Source: a bacterium (GTDB lineage: Bacteria > Patescibacteriota > JABMPQ01 > JAUVWW01). Taken from it: 62,435 nucleotides of DNA. The notes beneath the pieces were generated by a model. That model was not told where the DNA came from. It was given only the letters and a program-made list of their open reading frames with translations, and made no database searches. Positions within the stretch are counted from its first letter, which is position 1. Each line of letters begins with the position of its first letter. The translations under genes were made by a program, and so were the position numbers. The DNA lies in contig JAUVWW010000005.1 in assembly GCA_030603885.1 (NCBI GenBank), positions 1 through 62,435 of the forward strand, written 5' to 3'. Below, piece after piece: positions 55,020 through 62,435 of this stretch.

Positions 55020-55979
55020 TTACTCTAAACTCTTTACCATTCTCTTTTCTATCCTCCTGACAGTCTCTTCTAAATCTATCTCAAGAAATTTTGGCCGAGC
55101 TACTGCCTGGGAATAGGCAGAAGAAAGACTTTGGCCACCCGTAGAAAAAATAGAAATTAATCTATCTGAAAACATTATCTTGTATCCCAAAGGCTTTGGC
55201 TCATGACTTCTAACCATTACCTTTCCTCCTATAGCAGAGATAAATCTCTCAAAAGCTCTTTGGCCAAAGACTTTATAAGTACCGCTATATCCATCTCGAG
55301 GACTATTTTCATATTCTTCTATAGTATCTTTAGGATCATTCCATCTCATTTGATCAAACAAAATCTCATTATCTTTTAATTCCAAAAGTCCAGATATGGC
55401 CTTGCTAGGAATACCAGCGTGAACAGCTACTATACCAGATTCTGTGATTAAAAGTGTAGGTAGTTTTTCAAATATCCTCTTCGAATATTCTTCTGATAGT
55501 TCTGATATATATGGAAAATCGTGGCCAGTGATATAAACTTGGTGAGCATCGTGATTTCCTCGGAGTAAAATAACATTTTTAGGATACTCTCTTTTAAGTT
55601 CAAGGACACATTTTATAGTTTCTATCTGTCTTAGCCCTCGATCGATATAGTCACCTAGAAAAACTAGATATAAGTTTTCCCTTTTATTCATGTTTTCGAT
55701 AAACTTAGTCTTCTCTAAAATAGACATCAGGGCCTCAAAATCACCATGCAAATCTCCAACAAAAATAGCCTTACCCCTGGCTGGAAGATAGGCTATGCCA
55801 TTGTCGACAAAATTCTCTTGGTCCCTCATCTCTTGAACGGTATTTTTTAATTTTCCTTTCCCTTGTTCCTTCTCTCTATTCAAAATAGCCTCTATATCTC
55901 GAATTAACTGTCTCTCTCCTTTTAGATCCTCTTTTTCTGCAAATTCGATAAGTTGTTCTAGCCTAATTTGTTTAGTCAT
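55020..55979 (-). CDS. PPP-family metallophosphoesterase (Ser/Thr phosphatase or PrpE-like)
   Basis: GDLHGD, GDYIDRG, GNHD. Start set to ATG 55979 because the candidate promoter lies inside the longer ORF-track version. Confidence 0.8.
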   Translation of the reverse strand: MTKQIRLEQLIEFAEKEDLKGERQLIRDIEAILNREKEQGKGKLKNTVQEMRDQENFVDNGIAYLPARGKAIFVGDLHGDFEALMSILEKTKFIENMNKRENLYLVFLGDYIDRGLRQIETIKCVLELKREYPKNVILLRGNHDAHQVYITGHDFPYISELSEEYSKRIFEKLPTLLITESGIVAVHAGIPSKAISGLLELKDNEILFDQMRWNDPKDTIEEYENSPRDGYSGTYKVFGQRAFERFISAIGGKVMVRSHEPKPLGYKIMFSDRLISIFSTGGQSLSSAYSQAVARPKFLEIDLEETVRRIEKRMVKSLE

Positions 55980-55994
55980 TTTTGGCCTATTTAA

Positions 55995-56023
55995 TACATA
56001 ACAAGAGGACAAATTTCTGTCAA
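55995..56023 (-). promoter_or_regulatory. Candidate phosphatase promoter (very short leader)
   Basis: Minus strand: TTGACA (56018-56023), 17 nt, TATGTA (55995-56000). Confidence 0.4.
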
Positions 56024-56087
56024 CTAAGGCTTGCTCTGCTCTTTTTTCTATGCTAAGATAGAAAAGAATTAATTAACTAATCATATT

Positions 56088-56729
56088 ATGACCATCACTT
56101 GGTACGGCCAATCTTGCTTTAAAATCCAAGGAAAAGAGGTTATCTTGGTGACTGATCCCTATGACAAATCCATAGGGCTTAGGCCACCTTATATACGTGC
56201 TGGTATAGTTACTGTTTCCCATCCGCATGACGATCATAACAATGTTAAAGCTATCAAAGGCCAACCTTTTGTAATAGATGGTCCAGGAGAATTTGAGACA
56301 AAAGGAGTAGAAATTTTGGGAATCCAGACTTTCCATGACAAAAAGGAAGGAAAAGAACGAGGACTAAATACTGTCTATGTTATTCGAATGAATGAAATCT
56401 CAATTTGCCATTTGGGTGATTTAGGGCACCTGCTCACTGATAAACAGCTGGAAGGCATAAATGGAATAGACATACTTTTTATTCCAGTAGGAGGAGTATA
56501 TACCATAAATGCCCTTGAGGCAGTAAAAGTAATTGATAGCTTAGAGCCCAAAATAGTTATTCCCATGCATTATAAAATTCCTAAGCTTACCATGGATCTA
56601 CATAAAATAGACAAGTTCTGCATTGAGTTGGGAATATCAAAGGCTAAAGTTGAAGAGAAACTCGTAATAAAAAAGAAAGATCTACCTCAAGAGGAGACAA
56701 AAGTAGTGCTTCTTAAATCTCAGGGTTAA
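56088..56729 (+). CDS. MBL-fold metal-dependent hydrolase (UPF0173-like)
   Basis: MTITWYGQSCFKIQG and the HPHDDH motif. Confidence 0.85.
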   Translation: MTITWYGQSCFKIQGKEVILVTDPYDKSIGLRPPYIRAGIVTVSHPHDDHNNVKAIKGQPFVIDGPGEFETKGVEILGIQTFHDKKEGKERGLNTVYVIRMNEISICHLGDLGHLLTDKQLEGINGIDILFIPVGGVYTINALEAVKVIDSLEPKIVIPMHYKIPKLTMDLHKIDKFCIELGISKAKVEEKLVIKKKDLPQEETKVVLLKSQG

Positions 56730-56747
56730 GAAAGGACATTTTAAGTT

Positions 56748-57086
56748 ATGGGTAGTTTCTTAGAAAAAGTACAAAATTTATCTCAAGGTACCCGAAGAAA
56801 AATAATGTGGCTAGTCATCGGAGTCACTATGTTTTTTATTTTTATTTTTTGGCTTTTTATACTCTTGCCTCAAAGTCCAGCTTTTGAACAAAAGAATGAA
56901 AGTGAAAGTCTAGGTGAGCTAAAGGGTCAGCTACAAGAAGGAGTCAAGGGATTTGAAGAAATCCAAAAACAGTTTTCAGAAATAAAAGAGCAATACAGTG
57001 AGGAGAAAGAACAGTCCTCGCATGATAAGACAGATAAAGAGATAGAGTCCGGAGAACCTAGACCAAGATTGCCATTAGAAAAATAG
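56748..57086 (+). CDS. Hypothetical single-TM protein with an acidic coiled tail
   Basis: TM segment IMWLVIGVTMFFIFIFWLFILL. Co-oriented upstream of gyrA. Confidence 0.5.
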   Translation: MGSFLEKVQNLSQGTRRKIMWLVIGVTMFFIFIFWLFILLPQSPAFEQKNESESLGELKGQLQEGVKGFEEIQKQFSEIKEQYSEEKEQSSHDKTDKEIESGEPRPRLPLEK

Positions 57087-57109
57087 CTTATTAACCAGCT
57101 TTAATTATT

Positions 57110-59545
57110 ATGGAAATCGGCTACATAAAACCAAGAGGAATTGTAGAAGAAATGCAGGAGTCTTATTTAGACTATGCTATGTCTGTAATTATTGCTCGAG
57201 CTTTGCCTGATGTTCGGGATGGCCTAAAACCAGTCCATCGAAGAATTCTTTATGCCATGTGGAATATTGGTCTAAGAGCAGCAGTAAAATATAGAAAATC
57301 TGCTACCGTAGTAGGTGAAGTCTTAGGAAAATACCATCCTCATGGCGATATCCATGTCTACGATTCTATGGTTAGAATGGCTCAAGATTTTGCCATGAGA
57401 TATCCTTTGATTGATGGTCAAGGAAACTGGGGATCAATTGACGGAGATTCTGCAGCTGCCATGAGATACACGGAATGTCGGCTCTCTAAAATTTCAGAAG
57501 AGCTACTTTTTGATTTAGAAAAAGACACAGTTAATTTTGTTGATAATTACGATAGAACCCAAAAAGAACCTTCAGTACTGCCCGCTAAACTCCCCAACCT
57601 CCTTCTTAATGGAACCATGGGTATTGCTGTAGGTATGGCTACTAACATTCCTCCTCATAATCTAGAAGAACTGACAGATGCTATTTGTCATCTTATCGAT
57701 CATCCTAAAGCTGCCGTAGAAGATTTAACCAAATTTATTAAAGGTCCTGATTTCCCTACTGGGGGTTTGATCTTTGATAAAAAGGAAATCCTACGTACTT
57801 ATGCTACAGGAAAGGGAGCTATTGTTATGCGGGGCCGAGCAGAGATACAAGAGACAAAAAAGGAACAGTTTAGCATTATTATTTCAGAGATTCCTTATCA
57901 AGTAAATAAAGCTAATCTAGTAACTAAAATAGCCGACCTAGTAAAGGCAAAAAAACTGGAAGGAATTAAAGATATTAGAGACGAATCTTCAAAAGAAGGA
58001 ATTAGAATAAACATTGAACTAAAACGTGAGGCCTATCCTAAAAAGATTTTAAACAGACTCTATACTCAAACCTCCTTGCAAGATAAATACCACGTTACAC
58101 TCCTAAGTTTAGTAGACGGGATTCAGCCAAGAGTTTTGACTTTAAAGGAAATATTAGAGCAGTATATTAAGCACAGACAAGAAGTAGTAGAAAGAAGAAC
58201 AAGATACGATCTTAAGATAGCCAAAGAAAGAGCTCATATTCTAGAAGGACTAAAGATTGCTCTAGATCATCTAGACCAAGTCATTAAGCTTATTAGAAAA
58301 TCAAAAACCAGAGAAGAGGCCCATAAAAACCTGATTAAAAAATTCAAACTTACCGATATTCAAGCCAAGGCTATCCTAGATATGAGATTGCATCAGCTAG
58401 CTAGAATGGAAAGAAAGAAAATAGAAGATGAACTTAAAGAAAAGAAAAAGCTAATTAAAGAACTGGAAGCTATTCTAAAAAGTCCTAAAAAGATATTAAA
58501 AATCATTAAAGAAGAACTTTTAGAACTTAAGAAAAAATATGGGGATGAGCGAAAAACTAAAGTAATAGTTTCTCCTGCAGGAGAATTTAAACCCGAGGAG
58601 CTTATTCCCGAAGAAAACGTAGCCATCACTCTAACTAAAGGCGGCTACATCAAGAGTCTTGCTGAATCTACTTACAAAGCCCAAGCTCGAGGTGGAAAAG
58701 GGGTCCGAGGTATGGTAACTCATGAGGAAGATGTAGTAGAACATTTCTTTGTCACCTCAAGCCATTCTGATATTTTATTCTTTACTAATACAGGAAAGGT
58801 ATTCCAACTTAAAGCTTACGAGATTCCCAAGTCTACCCGGACTGCTCGAGGTCAATCTATAGTTAACTTCCTAACACTTAGGCCTGATGAGAAGGTAACA
58901 GCAGTTATCCCCATGGGCCCAAAAAAGAGGCCAAAAATTAAGTTCTTGGCCATGGTAACCAGAAAAGGATTAGTAAAAAAAGTAAAAATAGAAGACTTTG
59001 CCAAGGTAAGAAGATCTGGACTGGTGGCTTTAAAGTTAAAGAAAGATGATACTTTAGAATGGGTCCGTCACACCTCAGGCAAAGATGAAATCATAATCAT
59101 TACAGCCAAAGGACAAGCTATTAGATTTAAAGAAACTGATATAAGGCCCATGGGTAGAGCAGCTCGAGGAGTGAGAGGAATACGCTTAAAAAGAGATGAC
59201 CAAGTAGTAGGCATGGCGGTGATTGGAAAAGAAGTAGATACAAAATTGAATTTGCTTGTTGTTTCTGAAAATGGCTATGGTAAGCAGACAGAGCTAAAAC
59301 ATTACCGAAGGCAGAAACGTGGAGGCTCAGGAATAAAGACAGCCAAAGTAACCAAAAAGACGGGGGATATTGCAACTGCTAAAGTCATTACTCCAGATAT
59401 TGAAGAGATTATTGTTATATCTAAAAAAGGGCAAGTGATTAGGACTAAAATTAAGGATATCTCTACTATGAGTCGAGCTACTCAGGGAGTGAAAGTGATG
59501 AGATTAGATGCCCAAGACAAAGTAGCTTCAGTGGCTTATGTATAA
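57110..59545 (+). CDS. gyrA: DNA gyrase subunit A
   Basis: Active-site context AAMRYTE. KYHPHGD. C-terminal beta-pinwheel repeats. Confidence 0.97.
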   Translation: MEIGYIKPRGIVEEMQESYLDYAMSVIIARALPDVRDGLKPVHRRILYAMWNIGLRAAVKYRKSATVVGEVLGKYHPHGDIHVYDSMVRMAQDFAMRYPLIDGQGNWGSIDGDSAAAMRYTECRLSKISEELLFDLEKDTVNFVDNYDRTQKEPSVLPAKLPNLLLNGTMGIAVGMATNIPPHNLEELTDAICHLIDHPKAAVEDLTKFIKGPDFPTGGLIFDKKEILRTYATGKGAIVMRGRAEIQETKKEQFSIIISEIPYQVNKANLVTKIADLVKAKKLEGIKDIRDESSKEGIRINIELKREAYPKKILNRLYTQTSLQDKYHVTLLSLVDGIQPRVLTLKEILEQYIKHRQEVVERRTRYDLKIAKERAHILEGLKIALDHLDQVIKLIRKSKTREEAHKNLIKKFKLTDIQAKAILDMRLHQLARMERKKIEDELKEKKKLIKELEAILKSPKKILKIIKEELLELKKKYGDERKTKVIVSPAGEFKPEELIPEENVAITLTKGGYIKSLAESTYKAQARGGKGVRGMVTHEEDVVEHFFVTSSHSDILFFTNTGKVFQLKAYEIPKSTRTARGQSIVNFLTLRPDEKVTAVIPMGPKKRPKIKFLAMVTRKGLVKKVKIEDFAKVRRSGLVALKLKKDDTLEWVRHTSGKDEIIIITAKGQAIRFKETDIRPMGRAARGVRGIRLKRDDQVVGMAVIGKEVDTKLNLLVVSENGYGKQTELKHYRRQKRGGSGIKTAKVTKKTGDIATAKVITPDIEEIIVISKKGQVIRTKIKDISTMSRATQGVKVMRLDAQDKVASVAYV

Positions 59546-59558
59546 ATAATTTAAAATT

Positions 59559-59789
59559 ATGGCCGTTCCAAAGAAAAAGACAACCAGAGCTAGGAGAGGT
59601 AAAAGAAGGGCTCATATCAAACTTGCAAAGCTTGCTTTAGTTTCATGTCCACATTGTAAAAAGCCCATCTTGCCCCATAGAGTTTGTTCTTACTGTGGAT
59701 GGTATAAGGGAAAGGAAATAATAGAAATAAAAATTAAGAAAGGAAAAAAGAAAGAAAAAGGCAAGAAGACAAAAAAGAAAAAAGAATAG
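59559..59789 (+). CDS. rpmF: 50S ribosomal protein L32 with a Lys-rich tail
   Basis: MAVPKKKTTRARRGKRRAH and CPHC...CSYC. Confidence 0.9.
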   Translation: MAVPKKKTTRARRGKRRAHIKLAKLALVSCPHCKKPILPHRVCSYCGWYKGKEIIEIKIKKGKKKEKGKKTKKKKE

Positions 59790-59820
59790 ATTTTTGCATT
59801 TTTAATTTAGTGAAGCGCTT

Positions 59821-60246
59821 ATGTCCAATCGACACCTTCTTCGAACCGTAGCCATGCAAACTCTCTATGAGTGGGATTTTAATGGCCAACATACAGAGAA
59901 GATAGACGAGTATATCAAGCATAATATGGCTGAATTTGCTCCGGGCGAGGAAGACTCATCTTATGTAGATAAAACAGTAAAGGGTATAATAAAAAATTCA
60001 GCTGAAATTGATAAACTTATTGAAAAGACTGCTCCAGAATGGCCCATTGCTCAGATTACTATTGTAGACAGGAACATTTTAAGAATGGGTATTTATGAAA
60101 TGAAATACACTAAAGAGATACCTCCCAAGGTAGCTATTAATGAAGCTATTGAGATAGCCAAAACCTTTGGGGGAAGATCTTCGGGAAGGTTCGTTAATGG
60201 AGTACTGGGAACTATTTATAAGAACCTGACTTCGTCAGAACCTTGA
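59821..60246 (+). CDS. nusB: Transcription antitermination factor NusB
   Basis: [13 protein letters not shown]...[25 protein letters not shown]. Confidence 0.9.
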   Translation: MSNRHLLRTVAMQTLYEWDFNGQHTEKIDEYIKHNMAEFAPGEEDSSYVDKTVKGIIKNSAEIDKLIEKTAPEWPIAQITIVDRNILRMGIYEMKYTKEIPPKVAINEAIEIAKTFGGRSSGRFVNGVLGTIYKNLTSSEP

Positions 60247-60372
60247 AATACTTCGTATTATAAGAACCTGACTTCGTCAGAACCTTGAAATACTTCGTAT
60301 TATAAGAACCTGACTTCGTCAGAACCTTGAAATACTTCGTATTATAAGAACCTGACTTCATCAGAACCTTGA
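60218..60372 (+). repeat. 42-bp direct tandem repeat: 3 identical copies plus a 29-nt partial copy
   Basis: The unit is ataagaacctgacttcgtcagaaccttgaaatacttcgtatt, at 60218, 60260 and 60302, with a partial copy at 60344 carrying 1 mismatch. Copy 1 contains the nusB stop codon. Each unit contains the hairpins CTGAC-TTC-GTCAG and AATAC-TTC-GTATT. Confidence 0.95.
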
Positions 60373-60402
60373 TTCTCGCTTCGCTCGAATTAAGCAACTT
60401 AA

Positions 60403-61116
60403 ATGACGTTATTTACGAAGGATCTCACCAAGCTCGAAAAAAATCTAGGCATTAAATTCAAAAATCTTGATCTACTCAAGCAGGCCTGTGTTCATCGTTC
60501 CTATTTGAATGAAAATCCAAATTTTCCTTTACCCCACAATGAAAGGCTAGAATTTCTAGGAGATGCAGTATTAGAAATTATAGTAACAGAACACTTATAC
60601 AGAAATCATCCTGATCCAGAAGGGGTGTTAACTAATTGGCGTTCGGCTATAGTCAACACTAGGATGCTAGCTCAAAAAGCTAAGCAACTAGAGATTGAGA
60701 ACTATCTTTACCTTAGCCGAGGGGAGGTCAAAAGCCTAGGCAAAGCACGAGAAGTTATTCTTGCCAATGCTTTTGAGGCTTGTGTAGGAGCCATTTATTT
60801 AGATCAGGGAATGAAAAAAGCTAAGGATTTTATTGAAAAAAAACTTCTCGTTGAACTCCCTCAAATTATACAAAAAAAGCTATATGTTGATCCTAAATCA
60901 CAGCTTCAAGAGTTAGTCCAAGATAAACTAAGAATTACCCCTACTTATCAAGTTTTAAAAGAATGGGGACCAGACCATGCCAGACAATTTCTCATGGGAG
61001 TATATCTTGAAGATAAATTGATCGGTCAGGGTCAAGGACGATCAAAACAAGAAGCCCAGGTTAAAGCAGCAGAGGATGCCTTAAAGAAAGAAGAGTGGAA
61101 GAAAATCAGAGAGTGA
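60403..61116 (+). CDS. rnc: Ribonuclease III
   Basis: Signature ERLEFLGDAVLE. C-terminal dsRBD. Confidence 0.95.
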   Translation: MTLFTKDLTKLEKNLGIKFKNLDLLKQACVHRSYLNENPNFPLPHNERLEFLGDAVLEIIVTEHLYRNHPDPEGVLTNWRSAIVNTRMLAQKAKQLEIENYLYLSRGEVKSLGKAREVILANAFEACVGAIYLDQGMKKAKDFIEKKLLVELPQIIQKKLYVDPKSQLQELVQDKLRITPTYQVLKEWGPDHARQFLMGVYLEDKLIGQGQGRSKQEAQVKAAEDALKKEEWKKIRE

Positions 61117-61133
61117 TCTTTTAGAAAATTAGT

Positions 61134-61175
61134 TTATAAAAAACTAGAGGATCTAGTTACCTCTAGTTTTTATTT
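61134..61175. terminator. Bidirectional rho-independent terminator
   Basis: 9-bp stem AACTAGAGG/CCTCTAGTT flanked by an A-run and a T-run. Confidence 0.7.
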
Positions 61176-61185
61176 AGATTCAGTA

Positions 61186-62435
61186 TTATTTTTCTTTAGC
61201 TGGATTAGAGACCAAATTCGAAGAGGTAGTGTGTTGGCCTGGATTGTAGTTTAGTTGAGCCTGATTGTCTATTTTATCTACTTCATTTAAAGAGGAAACT
61301 CTGACTTTAAAGGTAAGATAGCCTGAACTTCCTTTTTTAATAGTATCCAGGTTAAAGGTTACAGCATTTAAATGGGACCGATTGAAATCTGCCTCATCTT
61401 GATCTAAACTATTTGTCTTTGATCTTCCATTGAGGTTTAGAGAAGAAAGATAGCTTGTTCCTTGAGGAATGGGATCAATAATTTCTACCTCTTCAGCCTC
61501 TTGATCTCCCAAGTTTTTGTATTCTATCTTGTAGGTCAAGACATCTTGAGGTTTTACTTCTTTTCCTTGATCCTGGAAAGTTAGATAGAGCCTGGCAGAA
61601 ACCAGAGAGTAAGAAGCAACAAAGGCTAGACCAAAGATGACGGTAATGATGACAAAGGTAGTATAGGGTTTTAAAGTCTTCTTCTTAGAAATTACTAAGA
61701 CTAAAAGGAAGACAAAGGCTAAAGCCAAGAGCCAATTAGGAAAGACAAGAAAAGATTTGAGTAAGGGACCTAGTTCTCCCTCTTTGGTAACTCTGATAGA
61801 TTTGGTTAAAGAAAGAAGAGACTTAACTAAGGTTAGCTCTACTTCTCCTGATATGCCCTCTGAGGAAGCTTTGATTTTAACTGTACCTGGTTCTTCTGAT
61901 GAAATATAGGTTACTTTGGCTTTTCCATTCTCAGTTAAGGTTTTATCAGAGGATAAAGATCCAGATCCAGAAATAATTTCAAAGAGCACTTCTGTTCCAT
62001 CTGAGACTAGATTCTCGTATTGATCCTTGACCTCAGCCGTGATAGTAGACTGGGATTTTCCATCAGCCAGAGGATTTTCAGGATCAGCAAATAAAGTAAT
62101 TGAAGCTGGCTTTCCTGGGAGGATCTTAATAGTCACACTTCCTTCATGAAAAGCAGTATGGATTCCTTTAGTCACAGTCAAACCCACAGTATAGTCTCCT
62201 GGTTCTTTATATCTGTGATAGGCAGTGGCTCCTTGAGCTGTTGATTCATCTCCAAATTCCCAGAAATAACTTAGGTTGGTACCAATTGACCCCCTTCCAT
62301 TAAAGAAGATTTCTTCGTCAACAGAATATTCTGTTTTTTCTAGCCTTATTCTAGCAGCGATCCAGGAGACAGAGTAAGAGTTGATGGTTGGGGTTTTGGT
62401 TGAATCTGTGGTAGAGAAAACAGCTTTTAAAACTA
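61186..62435 (-). CDS. Large surface protein fragment (PKD domain, Ig-like domain, two TM segments, DUF11-like repeat domain); N-terminus lies beyond the right window edge
   Basis: The frame is open from 62187 up to the window end. The hand-translated upstream part FWEFGDESTAQGATAYHRYKEPGDYTVGLTVTK is a PKD motif. The C-terminus LTYKIEYKNLGDQEAEEVEIIDPIPQGTSY is DUF11-like. Confidence 0.75.
   Translation of the reverse strand, partial: VLKAVFSTTDSTKTPTINSYSVSWIAARIRLEKTEYSVDEEIFFNGRGSIGTNLSYFWEFGDESTAQGATAYHRYKEPGDYTVGLTVTKGIHTAFHEGSVTIKILPGKPASITLFADPENPLADGKSQSTITAEVKDQYENLVSDGTEVLFEIISGSGSLSSDKTLTENGKAKVTYISSEEPGTVKIKASSEGISGEVELTLVKSLLSLTKSIRVTKEGELGPLLKSFLVFPNWLLALAFVFLLVLVISKKKTLKPYTTFVIITVIFGLAFVASYSLVSARLYLTFQDQGKEVKPQDVLTYKIEYKNLGDQEAEEVEIIDPIPQGTSYLSSLNLNGRSKTNSLDQDEADFNRSHLNAVTFNLDTIKKGSSGYLTFKVRVSSLNEVDKIDNQAQLNYNPGQHTTSSNLVSNPAKEK

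Noticed and set aside
55980-56087. Strand-switch point (minus-strand genes to the left; plus-strand genes including gyrA to the right) as a replication origin
   Set aside because: The 108-nt divergent intergenic region contains no DnaA-box matches, no AT-rich unwinding repeats and no dnaA or dnaN nearby. It is only compatible with being origin-proximal.
56073-56566. Minus-strand ORFs 56073-56336 and 56375-56566
   Set aside because: They are antisense to the MBL-fold hydrolase gene, which carries the HxHxDH motif.
60218-60372. Possible CRISPR array between nusB and rnc
   Set aside because: The 42-bp units are directly adjacent with no unique spacers. The first unit is part of the nusB coding sequence, and no cas genes are present. 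It is a simple tandem duplication.
60212-60397. 61-aa minus-strand ORF encoding repeated [14 protein letters not shown]
   Set aside because: It is an artefact of translating the 42-bp tandem repeat on the opposite strand.

Overview
Low-GC, gene-dense (about 90% coding) bacterial chromosome segment read with the standard genetic code. About 50 of roughly 60 genes lie on the minus strand. The orientation flips to plus at about 56.05 kb (MBL hydrolase, gyrA, rpmF, nusB, rnc).

The backbone is housekeeping:
- ftsK, a rodZ-like gene, rpoB-rpoC, murE-like, lon, ftsH, rpsA, rplS, gmk, an rluA-type gene, galU and a UvrD-type helicase.
- Seven tRNAs: Ser-CGA, Val-UAC, Leu-GAG, Val-CAC, Val-GAC, Ile-UAU.
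- Archaeal-type sugar enzymes: bifunctional FBP aldolase/phosphatase and PGI/PMI, plus a PFK.

The streamlined gene set, Lys-rich ribosomal-protein tails, short TsaB and many small orphan genes are consistent with a Patescibacteria/CPR-like genome. That assignment is inference, not proof.

Candidates for undescribed biology:
1. A 7-gene operon (7154-10257) with four tandem mini-HTH paralogs, an HTH/TIGR02391-like protein, a 66-aa ORF and a NucS-like PD-(D/E)XK nuclease.
2. A tightly coupled operon (32061-35883) encoding a membrane-anchored trypsin-like protease, two proteins with four zinc ribbons each, and a 446-aa orphan with an internally duplicated domain. A truncated gene relic sits at its 3' end.
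3. A monocistronic LuxI/N-acyl-amino-acid-synthase-like gene next to an orphan histidine kinase that is coupled to a DUF763 gene.

Sequence-level oddities:
- An internally deleted rpoC 3'-end relic 6 kb from the intact rpoC.
- A 42-bp x 3.7 tandem repeat that duplicates the nusB stop region in the rnc leader.
- An 18-nt TTGGC-N8-GCCAA palindrome at identical spacing upstream of two promoters.
- Isolated perfect DnaA-box 9-mers.
- A shared TTGACA-N14-TGCTAG promoter signature.

No CRISPR array, transposase, integrase or rRNA gene was seen. All homology calls come from motif recognition by eye, with no database search.
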